Under the pieces are notes generated by a model. The model was not told where the DNA came from. It searched no databases and worked only from the letters and a program-made list of their open reading frames with translations. A program made the translations under genes and the position numbers. This document shows, piece after piece, positions 7,192 through 15,568 of a stretch of 64,000 bases of DNA. Position 1 is the stretch's first letter. Every line of letters starts with the position of its first letter. Source of the DNA: an uncultured Parcubacteria group bacterium (GTDB lineage: Bacteria; Patescibacteriota; Patescibacteriia; UBA9934; CAMTUG01). The stretch covers positions 211,914 through 275,913 of the forward strand of contig CAMTUG010000001.1 in NCBI GenBank assembly GCA_947084965.1, written 5' to 3'.

Positions 7192-8523
7192 ATGACTATG
7201 GCAGACGTAACGATGGAGAAATTGGTGAATTTGTGTAAGGCTCGGGGGTTCGTGTACCCGGGCTCTGACATTTATGGTGGGCTGGCCAACTCCTGGGACT
7301 ACGGTCCGCTGGGGGTGGAGTTGAAAAAGAATATTGTGGACGCCTGGTGGAAGCGCTTTGTGACGTCACGTCGCGATATGGTTGGGATCGATGCCGCCGT
7401 GATCATGAATCCGAAAGTGTGGGAGGCGTCGGGACACTTGGCCGAATTCACGGACCCGCTCGTTGAATGTAAAAAATGTCACACCCGTTATCGTGCTGAT
7501 CAGATCGATGTCTCTGCTGCTTGCACGCATTGCGGCACCAAAGGGGAATTCACCGACGCCAAGAATTTCAACTTGATGTTTAAGACGTTCCTCGGTTCAA
7601 CCGAAGACGCCGCTGGTGTTGCCTACTTGCGCGGGGAGTTGGCGCAGGGGATGTTCGTGGATTTTCCGATGGTTCAGCAATCATCGCGCAAGCGCGTGCC
7701 GTTCGGGATCGCCCAGGTCGGAAAGTGTTTCCGTAATGAAATCACTCCAGGCAATTTCATCTTCCGTACCCGCGAATTCAACTTGATGGAGTTTGAGTAC
7801 TTCATCCATCCGTCAGAATGGGAAAAGCATTTTGAGTATTGGCTTGGAGAAATGAAAGCCTGGCTGAAGTTTTTGGGTGTTGCGGACGATAAGCTCGTCT
7901 ATCACGACATCGAAGATGGAGAACGTGCCCACTATTCCAAGCGCACCGTTGATATTGAGTATCACTATCCGTTCGGCCAGAAGGAATTGTATGGTCTCGC
8001 GTATCGTACGGATTTTGACTTGAAGAATCACATGGAAAAGTCTGGCAAGGATCTGCGCTACACCGATCCGATGACCAATGAAAAGTATTTGCCGCACGTC
8101 ATCGAACCGACGTTTGGTATTGATCGTTCGCTTCTTGTAACCCTCCTCGAAGCGTACCGCGAAGAAGAAGCGCCAACGAGCGAAGAGGGGGAATCGGCGA
8201 CGCGTGTTGTCCTGAGGCTTCCAAAGTCACTCGCCCCGTACAAAGTGGCTGTGCTTCCATTATCCAAAAAAGACGAACTTTCGAGTGTCGCGTTGAAACT
8301 CGCCGATGATCTGCGCACCCAATTCGCCTGCGACTACGATGAAACGCAATCGATCGGCAAACGCTATCGCCGCCAAGACGAAATCGGCACGCCGTTCTGT
8401 GTGACCGTGGACTTTGACTCGCTCACCGATCAATCGGTCACGGTGCGGGATCGCGACACGATGGCCCAAGAACGGGTGAAGATCGCCGAACTCGCGGACT
8501 ATTTGAAAAACAAATTGGCATAG
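7192..8523 (+). CDS. glyQS: glycine--tRNA ligase, single-chain alpha2 type
   Basis: Class II GlyRS hallmarks (GFVYPGSDIYGGLANSWDYGPLG, FRNEITPGNFIFRTREF, C-terminal anticodon-binding domain). 443 aa. Confidence 0.9.
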   Translation: MTMADVTMEKLVNLCKARGFVYPGSDIYGGLANSWDYGPLGVELKKNIVDAWWKRFVTSRRDMVGIDAAVIMNPKVWEASGHLAEFTDPLVECKKCHTRYRADQIDVSAACTHCGTKGEFTDAKNFNLMFKTFLGSTEDAAGVAYLRGELAQGMFVDFPMVQQSSRKRVPFGIAQVGKCFRNEITPGNFIFRTREFNLMEFEYFIHPSEWEKHFEYWLGEMKAWLKFLGVADDKLVYHDIEDGERAHYSKRTVDIEYHYPFGQKELYGLAYRTDFDLKNHMEKSGKDLRYTDPMTNEKYLPHVIEPTFGIDRSLLVTLLEAYREEEAPTSEEGESATRVVLRLPKSLAPYKVAVLPLSKKDELSSVALKLADDLRTQFACDYDETQSIGKRYRRQDEIGTPFCVTVDFDSLTDQSVTVRDRDTMAQERVKIAELADYLKNKLA

Positions 8524-8528
8524 GCGAT

Positions 8529-9803
8529 ATGTTGAAAGGGAAAACGCTGAAGAACGGAACGCGCGTCCATCTAGTGCCAACAGAAGGAACAGAAGCGACA
8601 ACCTTACTTGTTCTTTTTAAAGTCGGTTCGCGCAACGAATCGCTGCCGGTGTGGGGCGGATCACACTTTGTCGAACACTTGATGTTTAAGGGAACAAAGA
8701 AGCGGGGGACCACGCTCGATATTTCACGCGAACTCGATCGCTACGGCGCTGAATACAACGCCTATACCGGAAAGGACTTAACCGGCTATTGGGTCAAAAT
8801 CGAAAGTGGCAAAATTGGTGTCGCGGTCGACTTGTTGCACGACATGCTGTTTCACTCGAAGTTCGATGCGACCGAAATGACGCGCGAGAAAAAGGTGATC
8901 ATTGAAGAGATCAAGATGTACGAAGAGAATCCGATCATGCACATCGAAGACTTGCTCGAAGAGGCGATGTTCGATGGTCACGTGCTCGGACGCAACATCG
9001 CTGGCACGGCCAAATCGATGATCGCCATGAAACGCAACGACGTCGTTACTTATCACAAAAATTACTACGTCCCGGAAAACATGGTAGTCGTGATGGCCGG
9101 AAGCGTGCCAAAGAATGCCTTGGCCATGATTCAAAAAACGTTCGGCGGTGTTTCGTCCAAAAAGATGAAACGGCTCGACGAGCCGTTTGCTGGAGTGCTG
9201 GCAGCCAAATCGATTCGTGCTCGCATTCAGACGAAGCCGGTTGAGCAGATTCAGTTGGCACTCGGATTTCCAACGGGCGGCCGGGCGCATAAAGATATGG
9301 ACGCGCTGAAACTCTTGGCTTCGATTTTAGGTGGAACGATGTCTTCGCGGTTATTTGTCGAAGTGCGCGAGAAACGCGGGTTGTGCTATACCGTGCGTGC
9401 TGGACTTGATGCTTATGATGACGTCGGTGTTTTCCAGATTCGCGCCGGGCTCGACGCCAAGCGATTGAAGGAGGCGATGAAGGTGATTATCGATGAAGTG
9501 AAGAAGGTGGTCAAAGATGGCGTCTCTGCGAAAGAATTACAGATGGCCAAGGATAATGTCCGCGGCGGTATGCTCCTCCAGCTCGAGGACTCATCCGCTA
9601 GCGCAGAATTTGTCGCCCGCCAAGAATTATTTTTGCGTGAAGTGCTGACGCCAGAAGAACGGATGAAGCGCTTCGATGCGGTGACGCGTGAAGACGTCCT
9701 TCGTGCCGCGCGAGAAGTTCTGGATTTTCGTCTGATGTCCGCGGCAGGGATCGGTCCATACAAAACGACAACGGAGTTTTTGAAACACTTTCCTAAACTA
9801 TGA
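8529..9803 (+). CDS. M16 family zinc metallopeptidase (insulinase/pitrilysin-like)
   Basis: Inverted zinc motif HFVEHLMFKGT (HxxEH), a downstream E in REKKVIIEEI, and a two-domain M16 length. Confidence 0.8.
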   Translation: MLKGKTLKNGTRVHLVPTEGTEATTLLVLFKVGSRNESLPVWGGSHFVEHLMFKGTKKRGTTLDISRELDRYGAEYNAYTGKDLTGYWVKIESGKIGVAVDLLHDMLFHSKFDATEMTREKKVIIEEIKMYEENPIMHIEDLLEEAMFDGHVLGRNIAGTAKSMIAMKRNDVVTYHKNYYVPENMVVVMAGSVPKNALAMIQKTFGGVSSKKMKRLDEPFAGVLAAKSIRARIQTKPVEQIQLALGFPTGGRAHKDMDALKLLASILGGTMSSRLFVEVREKRGLCYTVRAGLDAYDDVGVFQIRAGLDAKRLKEAMKVIIDEVKKVVKDGVSAKELQMAKDNVRGGMLLQLEDSSASAEFVARQELFLREVLTPEERMKRFDAVTREDVLRAAREVLDFRLMSAAGIGPYKTTTEFLKHFPKL

Positions 9804-10564
9804 AGACGCTCGTCGCCAACTGGAAGATGCACTTGACGGTGCGCCAGTCGGTCGCCTTGGCGAAGGTGTCCGTTGCTGCGTTGCGTGGTAAAACGGCGCT
9901 GCCTGAGGTTATTCTCGCTCCAAGTTTTCCAGCGCTCGAAGCGGTGCACCGGGTGATAGCGAAAAGTCGCCTTGGCCTCTGCGCTCAGGATGTTTCCTTT
10001 GAAGACGCCGGCGCCTTTACCGGCGAAGTTTCTCCGCGACAACTCAAAGATCTCGGAGTCACCCATGTGATCATCGGTCACAGTGAACGCCGAGCGATGG
10101 GGGAAACGGATGCGACGATTAACAAGAAGGTGATCGCTGTGCTGGCTGCCGGAATGACGCCGATTATCTGCGTTGGGGAAAGGAAAGAGGAAAGAGGAAA
10201 GAGGAAAGAGATCGTCACCCGTCAAGTTAAAGCCGCGCTGGCGACACTGAAGACCCGGGCCAAGGAACACCTTGTTTTCGCTTATGAACCGATTTGGGCG
10301 ATCGGCACGGGTGATGCGGCGACTCCAGAAGATGCGGTTGCCATGCATGCCTGCATCCGGGAAACGGCGCTTGGGGCCATTGACGGACTAAAAGAAAAAC
10401 AACTGCGTGTGCTGTATGGTGGAAGCGTCAACGGAAAAAATGCGCAGAGTTTCTTGTGTGAAGATCAGATTGACGGATTGCTCGTCGGCGGGGCCAGTTT
10501 GAAACCTGTCGAATGGAAGGCGATTATCACCGCTGCGATCAAGATTCAAAATGGGAAACGTTAA
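9800..10564 (+). CDS. tpiA: triose-phosphate isomerase
   Basis: NWKMH, IIGHSERR, ICVGE, AYEPIWAIGTG and YGGSV motifs. Start overlaps the M16 stop (ATGA). Contains an in-frame (AGGAAAG)4 tract at 10181-10210 encoding RKEERGKRKE. Confidence 0.9.
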   Translation: MKTLVANWKMHLTVRQSVALAKVSVAALRGKTALPEVILAPSFPALEAVHRVIAKSRLGLCAQDVSFEDAGAFTGEVSPRQLKDLGVTHVIIGHSERRAMGETDATINKKVIAVLAAGMTPIICVGERKEERGKRKEIVTRQVKAALATLKTRAKEHLVFAYEPIWAIGTGDAATPEDAVAMHACIRETALGAIDGLKEKQLRVLYGGSVNGKNAQSFLCEDQIDGLLVGGASLKPVEWKAIITAAIKIQNGKR

Positions 10565-10565
10565 T

Positions 10566-11351
10566 ATGCTCTCCCTCTGGATTCCGCTCGGTATCATCAT
10601 CCTGTCGGTCATCCTTCTGCTCGTCTTGGCGATCAGAAAGATTCCGTATTTGCGCGCGCTTGATGTCCTTTCTGCACCGGAGCAAAAGGCTAAAGAGTTG
10701 AAACGTGCGCTGATCGCCTCGCGCCTTTCGCGTGCTGGGGCAAAATACGGAGGACAGATGAAGAAGATTTTTTCGCCGATCGTTGGAGCCGCCAAGTCGA
10801 GCGGAAGAAAGGCGGCAGAAAAAGTTTCTGCCCTTGAAGAACGCTATCAAAAGCTTCGGCGGGAAGCGATGGGACCGCACGCTCTGACTCCAGCGATGAT
10901 TAAAGAGATGATCAGTAAAGCCGAAGCGTTCATTAAGGATGAGCGATACGGCGAAGCGGAAAAAGCGTTAATCGAAGTTCTCTCCCACGATGCCAAGAAC
11001 GCTGAGGCGTACGAAACGCTCGGTTATCTATTCATGCTTCAGAAGAATTACGATCAGGCAGAAGAGACGTATAACTTTATCTTGAAAATTCAGCCAGGAG
11101 ACGCCTCGGTCCTAACGTCATTAGGGGAAATTGAATTGGCTCGAAATAATCCGGAGAAGGCGAAACAGTACTTCGATAAGGCGGTGAAGAAGCGTCCGCA
11201 TAATCCGAAGTATCTCGATTTTCTGCTGGAAGCATCGATCCAGGCTAAGGATGCTTCCGCAGCTCGCTGGGCGCTCGAGCAACTTCGCGGGGCGAATCCA
11301 GAAAATAAGAAACTCGGCGAATTTGAAGAGCGCATTCAATCGATTTCATAG
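10566..11351 (+). CDS. TPR-repeat protein with N-terminal transmembrane anchor
   Basis: N-terminal TM helix (LSLWIPLGIIILSVILLLVLAI), then about three TPR-like helical repeats (AEAYETLGYLFMLQKNYDQAEETYNFILKIQPGD...). Confidence 0.6.
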   Translation: MLSLWIPLGIIILSVILLLVLAIRKIPYLRALDVLSAPEQKAKELKRALIASRLSRAGAKYGGQMKKIFSPIVGAAKSSGRKAAEKVSALEERYQKLRREAMGPHALTPAMIKEMISKAEAFIKDERYGEAEKALIEVLSHDAKNAEAYETLGYLFMLQKNYDQAEETYNFILKIQPGDASVLTSLGEIELARNNPEKAKQYFDKAVKKRPHNPKYLDFLLEASIQAKDASAARWALEQLRGANPENKKLGEFEERIQSIS

Positions 11352-11365
11352 CTCGCGCACGAGCG

Positions 11366-11400
11366 ACCCTTTACAAAAGGGTCGTTTGTGTATAAGCTTG
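11366..11400 (+). terminator. intrinsic terminator after TPR gene (CGACCCTTtacaaAAGGGTCG + T-run)
   Basis: Perfect 8-bp stem followed by TTTGTGT. Marks the left edge of the high-GC island. Confidence 0.55.
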
Positions 11401-11452
11401 GACATCCTGTCTACCCAAATCAGGATGCCCCTGAACCTTCCCGAGGTGCCCC

Positions 11453-12589
11453 ATGTTCATCGCGCCGTTCATCCTTTCGCTCTTCGCTCCGGCCTTCGCC
11501 GAGGAGCCCGTCCCCGTCGTCTCGCCGGTCGCCGCGCCCAAGACCTACATCCTCGTCGCCGGGACGAGCGAGTACCAGAACGCGCCGGACCTGCCGGGCG
11601 TCGAGGGGGCGACCAAGGACTGCCAGACGATCGGTGCTCGGCTGATCGAGGTCGGGTTCACCACCGAGCAGGTCACCGCGCTCTGCGGCGACAAGCTCAC
11701 CAAGCCGGCGGTCGTCGAGGCGGTCAACACCCTGGCGCCCCGACTTGTTGCCGGGGACACCTTCGTCGTCGTCTGGATCGGCCACGGCGGCCAGGACCCG
11801 AAGGACGAGACCAAGAAGTACTGGCAGGGCTACGACGGCAGCTTCGTCGTCGATCCGGCCGCCCCGACCAACTACTTCACGACCGGGATCACCCCGACGA
11901 TGCTCACGAAGGCGATCAAGAGCAAGACGCCGGCCGGGACCCCGATCGTCCTCATGACCGACACGTCGGACAGTGGGTCCTACAACGGGATCCCGCTCAG
12001 CGGGCCGGTCGCCGACACCTTCGAGAAGGAGGTCTACATGATCTCCCCGGGGATGGCGCTTGGCAAGTCCGGGGCGCTCACGAAGTCGTTCATCGGCTGT
12101 CTCGAGCCCCGCATGCGCTACGGCGTCGCCGAGGAGCACACCGCGATCGAGGTCCAGGCCTGCATGTCGAACGGTCTCAGGGCCAGCAACATCGAGTCGT
12201 GGCTTTCCAGCGCGGACTGGGATACGATCACCACGCTCATCTGGTTCCCGCCGCTTCCGCCCGCGCTTCCCAGGCCACTCCCTGAGCAGACGGCCAGGAA
12301 GCCGTCGACGGTGAAGCCGGCGATGCGCTGGGGCGGTGTCGCCCTCGCCGTCATCGGTGGCGGTGGAGCAGCCGCGTCGTACCTCCACGCGGACGGCATC
12401 GCGGGACAGATCGCTGACGAGAACGGCGTCGTCGATCCCCGGGACGCGGCCGCGCTCGAGGAGTACAACCTGTTCAAGACCCTGACCTACGTCGGCTACG
12501 GTGTCGTCGGCCTCGGTGCGATCAGCTTCGGCGGTTCGCTCGTCGTCGCTCCCGCCCCGACCGGTGTCACGGTCAGCGGAACGTTCTAA
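11453..12589 (+). CDS. caspase-fold (peptidase C14-like) domain protein with signal peptide and C-terminal TM segments; catalytic Cys position occupied by Ser
   Basis: YILVAGTSEY...DCQTIGARLIEVGF...VVVWIGHGG...PIVLMTDTSDSGS matches the caspase/metacaspase strand order with His retained. DTSDSG sits where D-A-C-H-S-G is expected. N-terminal MFIAPFILSLFAPAFA signal. Gly-rich hydrophobic C-terminus. About 68% GC. Confidence 0.55.
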   Translation: MFIAPFILSLFAPAFAEEPVPVVSPVAAPKTYILVAGTSEYQNAPDLPGVEGATKDCQTIGARLIEVGFTTEQVTALCGDKLTKPAVVEAVNTLAPRLVAGDTFVVVWIGHGGQDPKDETKKYWQGYDGSFVVDPAAPTNYFTTGITPTMLTKAIKSKTPAGTPIVLMTDTSDSGSYNGIPLSGPVADTFEKEVYMISPGMALGKSGALTKSFIGCLEPRMRYGVAEEHTAIEVQACMSNGLRASNIESWLSSADWDTITTLIWFPPLPPALPRPLPEQTARKPSTVKPAMRWGGVALAVIGGGGAAASYLHADGIAGQIADENGVVDPRDAAALEEYNLFKTLTYVGYGVVGLGAISFGGSLVVAPAPTGVTVSGTF

Positions 12590-12614
12590 CCGTTCCGACC
12601 TCTCTAACGTGAAG

Positions 12615-12650
12615 CCCCCGACTGCAGACGGCAGTCGGGGGTTCGCATTT
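12615..12650 (+). terminator. intrinsic terminator (CCCCCGACTGC agacg GCAGTCGGGGG + TTCGCATTTTGT)
   Basis: 11-bp perfect stem and a T-rich tail just 3' of the caspase-like gene. Confidence 0.6.
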
Positions 12651-12694
12651 TGTCCGAGGTCCGGAGAGCGAGTGGCGCGCTCCGGACCGTCTGA

Positions 12695-13528
12695 CTAGCG
12701 GAAGTAGAGGGTGTGGTTGGACGCCTTGGGGCGTTGGCCGGCCAGTCGGTCGAACTGGGTGGGGACGAATCCCCCCAGGTTGACCCCCTGGAGACGCAGG
12801 GCCGAGGTTGCGTCGACGTCGCCGACCAGCCAGGCGTTCCACAGCGACTCGGCGAAGTCGCCGCCGCGGGTGCGCAGGGCACTCTCGATCACGGGCCAGG
12901 CTTCGTCCGAGTGCCAGTGATCGAACGGCGTGTACTCCGGCGGGAAGGTTGCCGGGAACCCGAACAGGGCGCGGAACCAGTTGGGGATCGCGCGGCGGGT
13001 TGCGATCTCCTGGTTGCGGAGATCGACCTTGGTGCGGTTCTCGCTCCAGAAGTCGATCTCGATGAAGGGCGTGTCCGTATCGCCCCCCTTGCGAACCGGG
13101 CAGAAGAAGATGGAGAACCCCGCGCTCACCTTGGCGCCGCGAAGGATCAGGAGGTTGAGCAAGGGTTCGAGCCGGGCCTTCATGCCCTTCTCGTCTCGCA
13201 TCTTGTCCAGGATCTTCGGGTGCTTCGGTCCGGCGCTGATCACCCAGCTCCCGAGCGGCACGGGGCCGGTCGTCTTGAGATCTTCGAGCACCGCCCGGAC
13301 CTCGACGAGTGCCGGGACGGACACGGGCTTCTGCCGTTCGCGGAACGGGGTGAGGGTCACCCAGGGCAGGCTCGGGTCGACCTCGTCCTTGTCGATCACG
13401 CGGTCGGTGGGGAGACGCAGGACCCGGCTCTTGTTGTCCGGTCGGTCGATGTCCGGCGTCCGGATGAACGAACGCACTTCGGGTGCGCCCTTCTTGGGAA
13501 CGGCGAAGGGGAGAGATCTCTGGGCCAC
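12695..13528 (-). CDS. hypothetical protein (about 277 aa, high GC), likely GTG start
   Basis: Long GC3-rich frame. The first 35 residues of track ORF 12695..13633 lie in AT-rich promoter DNA. GTG at 13528 is preceded by GAGGT. No recognisable domain. Confidence 0.45.
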   Translation of the reverse strand: MAQRSLPFAVPKKGAPEVRSFIRTPDIDRPDNKSRVLRLPTDRVIDKDEVDPSLPWVTLTPFRERQKPVSVPALVEVRAVLEDLKTTGPVPLGSWVISAGPKHPKILDKMRDEKGMKARLEPLLNLLILRGAKVSAGFSIFFCPVRKGGDTDTPFIEIDFWSENRTKVDLRNQEIATRRAIPNWFRALFGFPATFPPEYTPFDHWHSDEAWPVIESALRTRGGDFAESLWNAWLVGDVDATSALRLQGVNLGGFVPTQFDRLAGQRPKASNHTLYFR

Positions 13529-13589
13529 GGCTACCTCGGGGTTAAGGGTTTGCACATGAAAGCATTTTTTCAAATGAACGTCAATGATT

Positions 13590-13647
13590 ATTGACAATTC
13601 GCTTATTTTCGTGTTAAAGAACCGTTGGCACATTCACGGAGGTCTAG
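13590..13647 (+). promoter_or_regulatory. AT-rich divergent promoter region with TTGACA box and GGAGGT SD for the kinase gene
   Basis: TTGACA at 13592-13597. GGAGGT sits 6 nt before the ATG at 13648. This is the only AT-rich stretch inside the high-GC island. Confidence 0.35.
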
Positions 13648-15366
13648 ATGCAAGAACACCCAACGTCGTTTGGCGAAGGACGCTACCGCGTCGAGCGGCT
13701 GATCGGCCAAGGAGGGATGGCCAGGGTGTACCTGGCCTACGACACCCGGAACCACCGACCGGTCGCGATCAAGGTTCCGAACCCCAACCTGCTCACCCCG
13801 GACAAGGTGGTGCACGTGCGGGCGCGGCACGACAACGAACGTGCGGTCCTCGGAATTCTGGTCCACCCGTTCGTTCCGGCGCTCTACGATCACGGTGAGG
13901 AGCCGTCGGGGAAGGAGAACAACCCGACCACCACGCCCTACATCGTCATGGAGTACGTGCCGGGACGCGACCTCGAAGAGTGTCGGACCGAGTTCGGCGC
14001 ACTGCCGCCTCGGGTCGTCTGTCACGCCATGCTCCAGGTCCTCTCGGTTCTGGCTCAGCTCCACGCCGACGTTCGCGGGATCGTCCACCGTGACGTCAAG
14101 CCGGCGAACATCCGTCTGCGTGCGGACAAGCTCGTCAAGCTGATGGACTACGGGATCGCCAAGGTGCATCGCACCAGGGGCTCTGCCGGCAAGACGATGT
14201 TCCAGCCCAACATGACCCGGAGCGATTCACCGATCGGCACCCGCGGGTTCATGGGGATCGCCCAGATCTCGATGGATGCGGACCTCGGACCGCGGGCGGA
14301 TCTCTACGGCGTCGTGGCCACGATGGTCGCGCTCCTCACCGGCAAGGACCGCGCACCTGATCTGTGGAACGTGAAGGGCGAAGTGCACACTGCGCTCACC
14401 GGTGTGCCGCGGATCCTGCGGCCGATCATCATCCGCTGTGCGAGCGAGGTGATCCCAGACAACCAGAAGGTCACCTCGGCCGAAGAGTGCGCGCGCCTGC
14501 TCGAGGCCCTGATCGCCAAGCTTCCGGAAGATGACAGCGATCGCTTCTGGAAGTGGTTCCGGAAAGAGGGGATGACGATCGTTCCAGACGTCCTCGTGCC
14601 GAGCTCCTGGCCCGGTGGCGACATCGATGAGCACCTGCGTGAACTCCCGTCGGTCGATCGCTTCGTCCCCGAACCCGCGGAAGCGGAAGGGGAACCGGCG
14701 GAGTTCGATGACGAGGGATCGGCCCCGGACGATGAGGAGTTCGTCCCGGCTCGTCGATCGCGAGTCCTGCCCTTCTTCGGAGGGGCGGCTCTGCTCGCGG
14801 CTCTCTTCGGACTCGGCGTCGTGTTCTGGGGTGACGAACCGAGCGTGGTGCAGGAAAGTCTCATGCCGGCTGTCGCGGCCCCATCGAGCGCGGCCGTCAT
14901 CGAGATCGATCGAAGGGATACCCAACCGTCCCTCACCAGGATCGCCACATCGGATCCTGCGCCTTCACCCCCGCCTGAATCGGTCGGCGGTGTCCCAGCG
15001 ATCAACACGCCGCCCACACCAGCCGAACAGACCGATCGTCCGAAGATCGATCGGCCGGTCCGCGATCGTGTCCCGGCAACCGTCACCCCTGCGCCGGTCG
15101 TCACCCCACCCCCTCCGATCCCGGCCCAGGCCCCTCCGGCTCCGGTCGAGGAAGAAGAGAAGGGCACGGTGCGTGTCACGGGCGGAGTTCCGGTGCGGCT
15201 CAAGAAGGGGGGAGCGATCTTCTCCGCCCCGGGCTCGGTCAAGCCGGGCACCTACACGGTCGAGGCACAGTTCGCCGACACCTACACCCCGCAGATGGAG
15301 ATCACCGTGAAGCCCGGGGAGACACGGACCGTCTCCTGCGACCGCGACTTCACGTCCTGCGAATAG
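13648..15366 (+). CDS. Hanks-type Ser/Thr protein kinase, single-pass membrane, with Pro-rich linker and C-terminal PEGA-like beta domain
   Basis: GQGGMARV (G-loop), VAIK, HRDVKPANIRL, DYG (DFG variant), one TM helix (VLPFFGGAALLAALFGLGVVFW), PAPxPPP-rich region, and a terminal KPGTYTVEAQF...TVKPGETRTV motif. Confidence 0.85.
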   Translation: MQEHPTSFGEGRYRVERLIGQGGMARVYLAYDTRNHRPVAIKVPNPNLLTPDKVVHVRARHDNERAVLGILVHPFVPALYDHGEEPSGKENNPTTTPYIVMEYVPGRDLEECRTEFGALPPRVVCHAMLQVLSVLAQLHADVRGIVHRDVKPANIRLRADKLVKLMDYGIAKVHRTRGSAGKTMFQPNMTRSDSPIGTRGFMGIAQISMDADLGPRADLYGVVATMVALLTGKDRAPDLWNVKGEVHTALTGVPRILRPIIIRCASEVIPDNQKVTSAEECARLLEALIAKLPEDDSDRFWKWFRKEGMTIVPDVLVPSSWPGGDIDEHLRELPSVDRFVPEPAEAEGEPAEFDDEGSAPDDEEFVPARRSRVLPFFGGAALLAALFGLGVVFWGDEPSVVQESLMPAVAAPSSAAVIEIDRRDTQPSLTRIATSDPAPSPPPESVGGVPAINTPPTPAEQTDRPKIDRPVRDRVPATVTPAPVVTPPPPIPAQAPPAPVEEEEKGTVRVTGGVPVRLKKGGAIFSAPGSVKPGTYTVEAQFADTYTPQMEITVKPGETRTVSCDRDFTSCE

Positions 15367-15373
15367 CTCAACG

Positions 15374-15400
15374 CCCTCCTCGGTACTCGAGGGGGGCGCT
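15374..15400 (+). terminator. GC-rich hairpin after kinase gene (GCCCTCCTCGgtacTCGAGGGGGGC)
   Basis: Read directly from the sequence. The T-run is weak. Confidence 0.4.
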
Positions 15401-15456
15401 GCATTTATACGCTTGTCATTCCAGGACCGTTCGGGTATATTGACGCGGCAATATTA

Positions 15457-15531
15457 GCCGCAGTAGCTCAGTGGTAGAGCACCTCCATGGTAAGGAGGGG
15501 GTCTCGGGTTCAAATCCCGACTGTGGCTCCA
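15457..15531 (+). tRNA. tRNA-Thr (anticodon GGT)
   Basis: Cloverleaf GCCGCAG/ta/GCTCagtggtAGAGC/a/CCTCCatGGTaaGGAGG/gggtc/TCGGGttcaaatCCCGA/CTGTGGC/t/CCA. CCA is encoded. Confidence 0.85.
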
Positions 15532-15532
15532 T

Positions 15533-15568
15533 GAAAATAGATCAGAAGTTTCTGATCTATTTTCATTT
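15533..15568 (+). terminator. intrinsic terminator after tRNA-Thr (GAAAATAGATCAG aagtttc CTGATCTATTTTC)
   Basis: Perfect 13-bp stem with a T-rich 3' side. Confidence 0.7.

Noticed and set aside
8778-10348. Minus-strand ORFs 8778..9290 and 9413..10348 inside the M16 peptidase and tpiA
   Set aside because: They are antisense to two strongly supported conserved genes and have no motifs.
11251-12388. ORFs 11251..12285 (+, 344 aa) and 11420..12388 (-, 322 aa) overlapping the caspase-like gene
   Set aside because: They are alternative frames of the same high-GC segment with Arg/Pro/Gly-rich nonsense translation. The 11453..12589 frame has the coherent caspase-fold motifs and a signal peptide.
13603-15251. 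Antisense ORFs 13603..14169, 14227..14925 and 14304..15251 (minus) and 14615..15310 (plus, alternate frame) across the kinase gene
   Set aside because: The kinase frame carries the complete set of Hanks motifs. The overlapping frames are low-complexity Ser/Arg/Pro/Gly products of high-GC DNA.
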